Assembly (NCBI GenBank): GCA_036274495.1
Contig: DASUFP010000041.1
Span: 627-64,626, forward strand
Origin: Bacteroidia bacterium
GTDB taxonomy: Bacteria; Bacteroidota; Bacteroidia; AKYH767-A; OLB10
Direction of reading: 5' to 3'
Length of the DNA: 64,000 nucleotides
Each line of letters opens with the position of its first letter. Within the stretch, counting starts at the first letter, position 1. Of this stretch, positions 29,932 to 39,700 are shown piece by piece. Both the position numbers and the translations under genes were made by a program. The notes beneath the pieces are model-generated. The model searched no databases and had not been told where the DNA came from. It saw nothing but the letters and a program-made list of their open reading frames with translations.

Positions 29932-30372
29932 TCAGTGGGTGAAATAATCATTCAAGGGATCAAGTACATAATCGACCCAACCTTTTTCATGTTCTGCGGC
30001 CTCCTTCTGTGTAGGAAGTTCAGAATGATCAATGGTAAGTTCGGTACCTGCGGCATGCGGCTGAAAAGTAAACTCCACTACTGACGGCTTCGTTTTTACA
30101 TCCCACTCTGACGGCTTCCAGGTATACGATAACTGTTTCTTCTTTTTATTGAATTGGATCACAGAACCGGTTATCCAGGTGCCGAACAGATTCACTTTAC
30201 CGCCTGAATGAGGCTCAATAAATCCTCCGTTTTCACACCACTCACCAATTTGAGCTTCTTGTGTAAGGGCATCAAAAACCTTATCAGGAGTGGCATAAAC
30301 AATATACCTGACTTTTATTTTGAATCCTCTTGGCGTCGACACGCTAAGTGGTGAATCAGTTGGTAAATACAA
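29932..30372 (-). CDS. SRPBCC-fold protein, AHSA1 (activator of Hsp90 ATPase homologue 1)-like.
   Basis: IKVRYIVYATPDKVFDALTQEAQIGEWC...SYTWKPSEWD, typical of the AHSA1/polyketide-cyclase fold. Confidence 0.65.
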   Translation of the reverse strand: MYLPTDSPLSVSTPRGFKIKVRYIVYATPDKVFDALTQEAQIGEWCENGGFIEPHSGGKVNLFGTWITGSVIQFNKKKKQLSYTWKPSEWDVKTKPSVVEFTFQPHAAGTELTIDHSELPTQKEAAEHEKGWVDYVLDPLNDYFTH

Positions 30373-32440
30373 TTTTCTCTGTTATCGGGCTTCCGTCAAT
30401 CACAACACGAACAAAGTAGGTTCCTTTTGCGAGTTTTTCGCCAAATGTAAATGTATGCGCTCCGGACATAAGTTTCTCACTACACAAAACCGCAACGGTT
30501 CTTCCGGCTATATCAAGCACTTCAGCCTTAACATCGGCAGCAGCGGCAAGACTGAAAGCTACGTTTGCTGAAGTTGATGCAGGATTGGGATACACATTAA
30601 GAGTAGCCAGAAATTCCACATCCTGTATACCAACCGTTGAAACCCCGGTAATATTTATATCGTCGATGTAAATATTATTTCCGGTATTCTGCAAATATTC
30701 AAATTTAAACCGAACACTCGGAGAGTTGTTATATGAAACCGTATTGAGTCCTACATTTTCAAGCCTCCATTGATTGCTATTGGGAATAAAATTACCGGAA
30801 ATGATTCCACCGGTTGACAGATTAAGTCCGTCCTTAGTATAACGTACATTCCAGCTGTTTCCGCAATTATTGGATGCATAAACTTTTAACTGATCGGTGC
30901 TGCTGGCAGATCGCGCAGCAAACGCAAGGCGAAAAGTCATCCCTGCATTGGTAATATTTGTAAAGTTATATCCCGGGGTAATGAAAGCGTCCTCAGAACC
31001 ATTCGGGTTGCCGGAATAATTATTGATTTTCATTGATTTTGATCCGCTGAAAGATGCATCGGAAGAAATTCCCCATGCATTCCCATTGCTGTTTTCAACC
31101 AGCCAATCGCTTCCGGAAGGAAACGTGATTGATTCAAAATCTTCCGTAAAAGGAACAGCATTAACACCTGTAGCAGGGCTTACGATTATGATTCCTTGTC
31201 CGGTAATGCTGGAATTTCCGGCAGCATTATCCACAGTCAGTGTTACATCGTATATTCCAGGTGTGTTATATTGCACCTGAGGTGTTTGCGCAGTCGAACT
31301 GGAAGGTGATCCTCCGGGAAAATCCCATTGCCATGAGCTGGGATCACCGTGCCATGACAAATCATCGAAGGTTAAGGTTGTGCCGGTACAGATAAACTTT
31401 TTGTTCCTGTTAAAATCTGCAATAGGAGCACAAGCTACAGGAACATATCCATCGTTTGTGCCGGTAGCAATTAAATTGGACTGGCTCCACAAATTATCTC
31501 TGTCGCCGGTATTGCTGTTCAGTGCAGCGTGCATCCTCATTTTTTGTCCTTCGGTAAACATATAGTGGCAGCCTGCATAATCCATATAGTTCTGCACGTT
31601 GTCGAGGGAGTTACAAGTTACCTGAGCCGTATCGCATGAAAAATTAGCTACTCCAACGGTGGTGGGTGTGTCGGCAACAAAATCGGAGTTGGAGCAGTTC
31701 GCCGGATCACCGGGGCTGTTTGTGCTTCCCCAGGTATGGGACAAATTAAGCCAGTGGCCGGTTTCGTGTGCAAGCGAACGTGCTGAATAGTTTGAGCCGT
31801 TGCTGGTGCCGATGCTTCCGGTATAGTCGTGACGAATTACCACTCCGTCTATGCCGGCTGCAATTCCCGGATAGTAGGCATATCCGGCGGCGCCGCTGGC
31901 AATATTTGATACTACCCAAATATTAAAATATTTATCTGCCGGCCAGTCAATAAGCTGTTTAACATTGTCGCCTGCCGAATAGGTAAGTGAAGAAACGGTA
32001 CGCGTAATGCCATCGGTACAATTCCCGTTGGGATCGATTTGTGCCAGTCTGAACTGAACCTGTACATCAGCAATAATAGGTCTGAAAACAGAACATACGA
32101 TAACGCTGTCGGCATATAATTTTTGAAAGCTCTTATTGAGAATATCAACTGCATCAAGCACCTGAGCCTTACTTATATTTTCGCCACCGTAATTATGAAT
32201 GATGTGAAATACAACAGGAATTGTAAACAGAACGGTTCCTGCTGTACGCTGCTGAGCATGTTGCTGAACATATTGCTGCGTCTGCTGTTCAAGTGCGGCA
32301 AGTCGGCCGGCATAACCGGGATCAGCCTGTTTTGCCTGTTCTATCATTTCGCTGGCAGAACAAACGCGGTATTGCTGCCCGTAAGATAAAAAAGCAAGTG
32401 CGACAAATGCCGCACTTGCAATTATGAATTTCTTCATCAT
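30356..32440 (-). CDS. Secreted M43-family (pappalysin/cytophagalysin-like) zinc metalloprotease with a T9SS type A CTD; paralogue 1.
   Basis: Signal peptide and pro-region; HETGHWLNLSH (HExxHxxxxxH metzincin motif); C-terminal YPNPASTSANVAFSL...VFTN tail. Confidence 0.8.
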   Translation of the reverse strand: MMKKFIIASAAFVALAFLSYGQQYRVCSASEMIEQAKQADPGYAGRLAALEQQTQQYVQQHAQQRTAGTVLFTIPVVFHIIHNYGGENISKAQVLDAVDILNKSFQKLYADSVIVCSVFRPIIADVQVQFRLAQIDPNGNCTDGITRTVSSLTYSAGDNVKQLIDWPADKYFNIWVVSNIASGAAGYAYYPGIAAGIDGVVIRHDYTGSIGTSNGSNYSARSLAHETGHWLNLSHTWGSTNSPGDPANCSNSDFVADTPTTVGVANFSCDTAQVTCNSLDNVQNYMDYAGCHYMFTEGQKMRMHAALNSNTGDRDNLWSQSNLIATGTNDGYVPVACAPIADFNRNKKFICTGTTLTFDDLSWHGDPSSWQWDFPGGSPSSSTAQTPQVQYNTPGIYDVTLTVDNAAGNSSITGQGIIIVSPATGVNAVPFTEDFESITFPSGSDWLVENSNGNAWGISSDASFSGSKSMKINNYSGNPNGSEDAFITPGYNFTNITNAGMTFRLAFAARSASSTDQLKVYASNNCGNSWNVRYTKDGLNLSTGGIISGNFIPNSNQWRLENVGLNTVSYNNSPSVRFKFEYLQNTGNNIYIDDINITGVSTVGIQDVEFLATLNVYPNPASTSANVAFSLAAAADVKAEVLDIAGRTVAVLCSEKLMSGAHTFTFGEKLAKGTYFVRVVIDGSPITEKIVFTN

Positions 32441-32462
32441 TAATTATTTATAAACTGATTGT

Positions 32463-34592
32463 TTAATAGATCACGATTTTTTTAGTTACCGGGTATCCTC
32501 CGGCAGATACTCTGACTGAATAAATACCGGGAGCAAGTCCTGCAGGCAGTTCAAACTGATAATCTCCTGCTTCAAGATTGGCGGCCGCAATATTATTCAC
32601 TGTTTTTCCAAGCATATCAATTACATCTACAGCAACATCCATTTTGCCGGTGATGGTAAATGATACTGTTGCCTGTGATGCGGCAGGATTGGGGTATACT
32701 TCCAAATCCAGTGACTGTTCCAGAACTTCATTCACCCCAACGGTTCCCGACAAGTTAATGTCATCAATAAAGATGTTGTTTCCGGTGTTCTGTGTGTATT
32801 CGAATTTGAATCGCACATTAGGCTGATTCCAATAGGAACTGCTCGACAAGCTCACCGATTCAGTTCTCCATTGATTTGCATTAGGGAAAAACGGGGAGCT
32901 GATTAATCCGGCAGTAGCCAGATTAGCGCCCGATTTGTTGTAGCGCTGTGCCCATAGTTGTCCGCAAGAAACAGATACAAACACCCTAAGATTATCAGTT
33001 GAGGTAGTGGCTCTTATTGCATCAGCAAGTTCAAAGGTCATGTTGGCGGCAGTTACCCAGGACAAATTGTAGGTTGGTGTTACAAACACGTCAACTGCTC
33101 CGTTAGGGTTGCCTGAATAGTTGTTGATATAAATTGAATTCGCCCCGGTTTTTGCAGCAAGGGTATTTTGTTCCCAGGTGTTTCCGTTGTCATTTGAAAT
33201 AATCCAGTCGTTTCCGGGGAAACTTATGTTTTCAAAACTTTCATAATAGGGAACTCCGTTTACTCCAATAGCCGGCTCAACTATAATTATTCCATTGTGG
33301 GTAACGGAAGAACTGCCTGTGGCATTTGAAGTTGTAAGGGTAACATCGTATACACCTGCAGTGTTATATTGAATTGAAGGATTTTGAACCGAAGAAGTTG
33401 ATGGCGTCCCGCCGGGGAAATCCCAGGTATAAGTATCAACAATTCCATTATAGGATCCATCGGTAAAGTTTATCGTAGTCCCTTCGCAGATATAGCGGAC
33501 ATTGTCAGGAAAGGCGGCAATGGGAGCACAAAGTGACGGAGGTGTGCCGTCGGTTCCGGTAGCAAACAAATTAGCGGGGGTCCACAGATTATTTCGTCCT
33601 GACGTTGAAGAACTGAGTGCAGCATTCATCCTGGCTGCCTGTCCAATAGAAAATTGATTCTGGCAGTTCCCTTGCGTGTAGTCCATATAATTCGTGAACA
33701 TCTCACCATCCGGTCCGTTGCTGCAGGATATCTTAGGCCAGTTAGGACAAGTTGAGAAATTCATATCGGCCTGATTGGGTGTATCAGCAACAAAGTCGCT
33801 TCCTGTACAGGCTCCGTTATCGTCGCCCCAGATATGACGGAGATTTAACCAGTGCCCAACTTCATGTGTAGCTGTTCTTCCTGCTCCGCCACTACTTGCG
33901 GCAGTACCGATTGATCCGGTGAAACTGTGAACCACCACTACGCCATCGGTATTTGCAGGGCCGCCGCCCGGAAATTGTGCAAATCCGATTACTGTTCCGG
34001 GCGTGCCGTTTACATTACGAATAGATTTTACTACCCAAATATTTAGGTACATGTTACTTGGCCAGTAACTAACTGCTTTTACCTCATCACGGGCATTATT
34101 GGTTAAACTGCTGTAAACGCGAACCACCCCATCGGTACAATTGCCGTTAGGGTCTTTTGTTGCCAGACGAAATTCAATTTCGGAATCGCCGGATAATGAC
34201 TGGAAAACGGATGGAGTGTTAACCGTATCGGCATTCTGCCTTCTGTAATCCTGATTCAATATATCAATCTGATCCTGAATCTGCGCCATTGAAATATTTT
34301 CAGCGCCTCCTTCGTGAATCACGTGGAATACAACGGGGATAATTCTTACCACTGATGCGCTTCGGTGATTCGCACCCGGCTGATGTGCGGCCATATATTG
34401 GGGCACGTACGCTTCAGTCTCTCTTTCGAGTTGTGCCTGAGCTTCGGCATATTCAGGATGGGTAATTATTCTTTCACGATAAAGAATCTCTGTTAGACAC
34501 TTATCATGCTGAGGTTCAGTTGTTTGTGCAAATGTTGCCAAGGGCAGAACTGCTGTAATTAATGCACACAACCGAATAATAAGTTGTTTCAT
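32463..34592 (-). CDS. Secreted M43-family zinc metalloprotease with a T9SS type A CTD; paralogue 2, tandem with the previous gene.
   Basis: HEVGHWLNLRH motif; same domain order; RFKFEYTQNTGNNIFIDDIN block shared with the neighbour; C-terminal YPNPAASQATVSFTI...KIVIY. Confidence 0.8.
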   Translation of the reverse strand: MKQLIIRLCALITAVLPLATFAQTTEPQHDKCLTEILYRERIITHPEYAEAQAQLERETEAYVPQYMAAHQPGANHRSASVVRIIPVVFHVIHEGGAENISMAQIQDQIDILNQDYRRQNADTVNTPSVFQSLSGDSEIEFRLATKDPNGNCTDGVVRVYSSLTNNARDEVKAVSYWPSNMYLNIWVVKSIRNVNGTPGTVIGFAQFPGGGPANTDGVVVVHSFTGSIGTAASSGGAGRTATHEVGHWLNLRHIWGDDNGACTGSDFVADTPNQADMNFSTCPNWPKISCSNGPDGEMFTNYMDYTQGNCQNQFSIGQAARMNAALSSSTSGRNNLWTPANLFATGTDGTPPSLCAPIAAFPDNVRYICEGTTINFTDGSYNGIVDTYTWDFPGGTPSTSSVQNPSIQYNTAGVYDVTLTTSNATGSSSVTHNGIIIVEPAIGVNGVPYYESFENISFPGNDWIISNDNGNTWEQNTLAAKTGANSIYINNYSGNPNGAVDVFVTPTYNLSWVTAANMTFELADAIRATTSTDNLRVFVSVSCGQLWAQRYNKSGANLATAGLISSPFFPNANQWRTESVSLSSSSYWNQPNVRFKFEYTQNTGNNIFIDDINLSGTVGVNEVLEQSLDLEVYPNPAASQATVSFTITGKMDVAVDVIDMLGKTVNNIAAANLEAGDYQFELPAGLAPGIYSVRVSAGGYPVTKKIVIY

Positions 34593-34857
34593 TTATGATT
34601 TGGGTTTAAGAGTTTATTGAGTAACAATTGGCAGAAGTGGAAGTTGTTCAGACAAAAACGGGATGCCTGATATAAGATCAAACATCCTGGCTTTCATCAC
34701 TTTGTAGTTTTAAGTACCCCCCAACTGCACCCCAAATTTAGTGTTAAAAGTTGCCATTTCAAAGATGGTTTGTCACAATCGGGTAAATCCATTAAGGCGT
34801 CTGGATAGGAGCACCTATATGGGATAGAAATAATTTTGATTCTGAGCATCTTGCATA

Positions 34858-34865
34858 TATATTTG
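34858..34865 (+). promoter_or_regulatory. Bacteroidetes -7 motif (TATATTTG) with -33 TTTG at 34835-34838 for the NSS transporter.
   Basis: Match to TAnnTTTG 21 nt upstream of the ATG, spacer 19 nt. Confidence 0.5.
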
Positions 34866-34885
34866 ACCAAAATTGTAATAATCTT

Positions 34886-36538
34886 ATGTCACAAAAAGAA
34901 TCCTGGGGGTCACGGGTAGGGCTGGTGCTGGCTATGGCGGGTAATGCTGTAGGGCTTGGAAACTTCCTCCGATTTCCTGTTCAGGCTGTTCAAAACGGGG
35001 GTGGTGCCTTTATTATCCCCTATTTGATTTGTTTTCTTTTAATGGGTATTCCACTGCTTTGGATTGAGTGGTCGTCGGGAAGACTTGGCGGCAAAAAAGG
35101 AAGTCATTCCACTCCTTTCATTTTGCAAAGTATGGATAAGCGCAGTTTGTGGAAATATATCGGCGTGTTTGGCATCTTCACCAACATAGCAGTTGCGGCT
35201 TACTATTGTTACATTGAAAGCTGGACGATGTCATATGTGTATCATTCGATTGCAGGGACATTTGACAACATGACGCAGGGACAGGTAGCAGCCTTTTTTG
35301 GTACTTATGTTGATATTGCGCACAGCACAACCGGCATTCCTTATGAAGCTGTACTTTTTTATGTTGTATGTCTCGTGCTGAACACGTATATCCTCTCCCG
35401 CGGATTAAAGGGGGTGGAAAAAGTTGCCAAAATTGGTATGCCGCTTTTGATTTTGTTTGGCGTATTTCTCGCTTTTAAAGGATTAACACTGGGAACATCC
35501 GGTGCAACCCCCGAACATCCGACTGCAAGTGCCTGGGAGGGTTTAAATTTTTTATGGACCCCGCAATACGATTCTCTTTATAATCCTAAAGTATGGCTCG
35601 CTGCTGCGGGTCAGATTTTCTTTACACTTTCTGTAGGAATGGGATCTATTCAGTGTTATGCTGCCTATTTACGTTCCAAAGATGATATTGCCCTGAATGC
35701 CGTTTCAGCCGGATTCATGAATGAATTTGTTGAAGTGGTGCTCGGCAGTTTAATTGTTATTCCGATTGCAGCAGGCTATCTTGGTGTTGACTGGTTAAAG
35801 GAAAATGCAGGTTTTGGAATGGCGTTTCAAACCATGCCCTATTTATTTGAACAATGGGGTCCTCTTCTTTCAATGATTGCCGGTGTAATGTGGTTTGGAC
35901 TTTTGTTCTTTGCAGGAATTACCTCTTCGCTTGCTATGGGAACACCCTGGATGGGATTCATGCGTGATGAATTTGGATGGCAGCAAAAAAAGGGCGCTTT
36001 TACTTTCGGATTGATTACGCTTGCAATGGGAATTCCTACGGTGCTGTTTTTTCAGCAGGGTGTATTTAACGAATATGATTACTGGGCAGGAACTGTTTCA
36101 CTGGTAGTATTCGCATTGTTTGAAACGGTACTGTTTGCTTGGGTATTTGGTATGGATAAGGGGTGGAAAGAAATAAATCAGGGAGGTGATATCCGGGTTC
36201 CGGGCATCTACCGGTATATTATCAAATGGGTGACGCCATTATTGTTGTTATTTGTTTTTATAGGATCGCTGATAACTCCAAAAAACAATGACTGGGTAGG
36301 GGCCTTTTCCAACGGATGGGCGCTTGACAACTCTTCCATCATTAAACAAATCAGCAACAGCGGACTGAAAGAACAAATTGCTGCCGCTACAGATCCTGCA
36401 GTAATTTATTCACTGCAAGAAAACTTGTTTTATGCAAATGTGGCACGTGTACTTTTATTATGTCTATTTATCTTTATTTCTGTACTTGTTTATAAAGCGC
36501 ATATAAATCGTAAAAAACACGGGAGGGTAATAGCATGA
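34886..36538 (+). CDS. Neurotransmitter:sodium symporter (NSS/SNF) family transporter.
   Basis: GSRVGLVLAMAGNAVGLGNFLRFP signature; 12 TM; 550 aa. Confidence 0.9.
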   Translation: MSQKESWGSRVGLVLAMAGNAVGLGNFLRFPVQAVQNGGGAFIIPYLICFLLMGIPLLWIEWSSGRLGGKKGSHSTPFILQSMDKRSLWKYIGVFGIFTNIAVAAYYCYIESWTMSYVYHSIAGTFDNMTQGQVAAFFGTYVDIAHSTTGIPYEAVLFYVVCLVLNTYILSRGLKGVEKVAKIGMPLLILFGVFLAFKGLTLGTSGATPEHPTASAWEGLNFLWTPQYDSLYNPKVWLAAAGQIFFTLSVGMGSIQCYAAYLRSKDDIALNAVSAGFMNEFVEVVLGSLIVIPIAAGYLGVDWLKENAGFGMAFQTMPYLFEQWGPLLSMIAGVMWFGLLFFAGITSSLAMGTPWMGFMRDEFGWQQKKGAFTFGLITLAMGIPTVLFFQQGVFNEYDYWAGTVSLVVFALFETVLFAWVFGMDKGWKEINQGGDIRVPGIYRYIIKWVTPLLLLFVFIGSLITPKNNDWVGAFSNGWALDNSSIIKQISNSGLKEQIAAATDPAVIYSLQENLFYANVARVLLLCLFIFISVLVYKAHINRKKHGRVIA

Positions 36539-36678
36539 ACGCATCAGCATTAATACTTATGATAACTGTTATGGTGATTGTATCCTCCATTACAGCATAT
36601 TTTTTCTATAAAGTTTTAGTTACGCCTTCCAAACCCGAACCTGATTCCTATTCCGACAACGATGACGAACCAAGGTAG
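36535..36678 (+). CDS. 47-aa single-TM protein overlapping the NSS stop by 4 nt (ATGA); candidate MetS-like small subunit of an NSS amino-acid importer. Not in the ORF track (under 60 aa).
   Basis: ATG 36535, TAG 36676-36678; MNASALILMITVMVIVSSITAYFFYKVLVTPSKPEPDSYSDNDDEPR; translationally coupled arrangement. Confidence 0.5.
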   Translation: MNASALILMITVMVIVSSITAYFFYKVLVTPSKPEPDSYSDNDDEPR

Positions 36679-36714
36679 TTCCGATTTGTTTTTCTGAATA
36701 CTTCAAATAAAAAA

Positions 36715-36740
36715 ACAGGCCCTGGAGCCTGTTTTTTTTA
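36715..36740. terminator. Bidirectional intrinsic terminator between the NSS operon (+) and the LamG-T9SS gene (-).
   Basis: ACAGGC-CCTGGA-GCCTGT hairpin flanked by an A-run upstream and TTTTTTTT downstream. Confidence 0.6.
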
Positions 36741-36783
36741 TTCAGATCAGCAATGGCCAACCGTTGAATAGTCGCATTGTTTT

Positions 36784-39700
36784 TTATCTGGTAATTACCA
36801 CTTTCCGTACCTCGCGGTTGGTGCCGCTCTCAGCAATCACATAATAAATACCGCTTTCTACGGAAGAGACATCCAGTTCAAATTTTTCTACCGGTTGGGT
36901 AGCCGTTACTGTTTCGGAAAGTATCTGACTTCCCAAAACATTCATTAACCGAATTTTCAGTTTACTATTGAGGGGCATTGAAAATTCTGTATTCAAAATG
37001 TCGGAGGCCGGATTAGGGAATACCCGGAAAGATTGAATAGGTGCATTCACCTCAGGAACCGGTAATACATAACCTACGGTAAACTGCTGATAGATGTTGT
37101 CGCCGAAATCCGAATTAAATGTCATTTCAACAACTCCTGAATTTGCATTCCGGATACGGAAATAGCCGCTGCCCTGTGAGGAGTTAGCCCACCAGGTAAG
37201 TCCGTCATCACCCGCATCGTTCAATGAAACAATGTAACAATCGTTCAGCAAGTTAACGGTATCTCTGTATACCGTATTAGCCGATAAACTGCTGCGTGTA
37301 ATAATTGTTCCTCCCTGCGCGTCTTTAAGGGTATAGGAATTTTGCGCGGGCAGGTTATTGGTTTTTAATTCAAACACCAGGTAATTTGATAATTGTGCCG
37401 GAGTATTAAATGCGGAAGTTAACGTGTCGTTATAGGCATACTGATCGGTGCCGCCGTTCGGATTACTGACATAAGCGACAAATTCGTTTACCGAAGAGGA
37501 GAGCCATGCGGGCTGAGGAAGCGCCACTTCAATGGATTGCAGAAATGCCAGGTTGCCTGACCAGTTGTACGTAGACATTGTTCCGCCTTTTCTTCCGTAG
37601 GTAATTGTTAACGAAGTAAGGTTTGTTGAGCCGGTGTTTTTGATCGCAATAACAGGTTCGTTACACAATGGATTCAACCGTTCAAATTCAACTCTTTTTG
37701 ATGGTGTTTTGATATAATCGACTGCGGCATCCAGGGTGAAATTAGGAGGACCATAACTTACAAGTTGATTATTGATTCGGTAATTTGAAGCTCCGGGATT
37801 GCTGATAACCGGCAAGGAGTAATCCAGATTTATGGTTTGTCCGGGAGTAACGTTCGGTGTAATTTCAAACTCTTTTAAATCAACAGCCGCCCCCGGGCAC
37901 CACCCGGCCCTGTCATATACCCAGGTACCGCCCTGAGGATAGATCGGATTCGTTGCACATTCTTTCCAAACCGAACGTGAGAAGTTTATCGTGTTATTGA
38001 GTTTTATAATATGTGTACGCGGTGTAAACTCACCTTGCTGACCGTGACCGCTGATAGCGGATCTGATTTTAAACTGGGATGCATTCGCATCAAGTACAAT
38101 GTCTCTGGGTTCAAAATATTTATCGCTGAGAATATCATTGTACGATGGGGAAACCCATGATCCGCTGGGCCAAATTTCTGAAACGGATTTAATATCCCGC
38201 GGAGGTGTGCCTTCGTAAAAAACAAATTTAATATCGATATCCTCCTGGTTGATTCCATCGCGCATTTCCAAATGCCTCATTCCTTTTAACACGGGAGCAA
38301 AATCGGTGACATCAAATGCCCATGTTTTACCATTTAATCCATCCAGATTCAGGTTTATTCCATAAGGCGTAATAAAGTTGATTAGCTCCATGTACATTGG
38401 CCGTACATTATAATAGGTAAGTGGAGTTACATTAACCGTATTTTGAGCAGGGGCAGCAATGGAATCTATTACGATTCCATTTTCATCAAATATATAAGAG
38501 TACCCTGCAGGCCATACAAACAGGGTGTCAATTGCCTGCAATGAATGTCCGGAAGCATCCACTGCAAATGACTGGACAGAGACCGCCGGAATTGCAACTG
38601 AATCGAGCACCTGGGTAACAAGAATATTTTTCACATAATTACCACTCACAAAAGTGGTATTCGGGCGGATGGCCGATTCGGCAAAATTCCTGAAAAGAGT
38701 GGTGCCGTTATGACTGTACCGGGTTGGATTAATAAGCTCGCCGTTGTATCCATTTAAAGATGCATCCACAGCGGTGGTACCGGTGGGTTCATTGAACTGG
38801 TGGTATAATTTCAGAAAAGCGTAGTCGGGATTTGAGGGAGTAATATCGCCCGCCATCAGCAGCTGGATCGCTGACTGAGAAAGTTCTTTGTTCCAGATAC
38901 TCAGTTCATCAAATTTGCCATAATAGCCCGCACCTGAACCAATGCCATTGCCTACAACAAACTGTTGTATATCTATTGGCTTGGTTTTGCCTGTTCCGCT
39001 ATGCCAGAGATTTCCATTCAGATAAATTTTCATGTCGCCGGTGGTAGCATTTTTTGTGAACGTCCAAAAATTCCACTGCCCGGCTATTTCAGATGCTGTG
39101 GCTAGTTTATTGATCCGGTCGTAACCGGTTCCATCGTTACCACAATCCCAGTAAATGTTACTGTCATTCCAGGGAAGGTGCATATTCACCTGGCGTTTTC
39201 CTGAAGCATCATACGCTTCCATGATGGAGGTTTTTGCAGGAAGGTTCGCAGGATCACCATAGACCCAAAATGCAATGGTGATTTCATTGGTGACAGTACT
39301 GTTGAACCCTGTATTCAACTTTAAAATAGAGGTGTTGTTATTAAATGCAATATAACGATCGGCACCGGCGGATGTAATTGCCGATGTAAATCCGGTAACA
39401 TCACCTGCTACCGTATTATCGGTTCCGGGAGCGGTATTGCTGTATGAAAACTCAACAATAATATTTGATACGCCGTCCCACCAGAATGGGGTATGAAAAT
39501 TAAAGGATTGCACTCCTGTTCCGGGAAGAGTTGTGTTTAGAAAATAGGTTTCGGTAAATCCGGTTAGTTCCGGAGCTGCTCCGTTGAGAGCTGTTTGAGT
39601 GGTATTCTTAAAACGAATACGCAGGTTATTTAAAGAACTTCCCAACGATTGCAAGTCGAGACGAATACCTGTTATAGAGTCAGCAGTAAACCCGGCAGAT

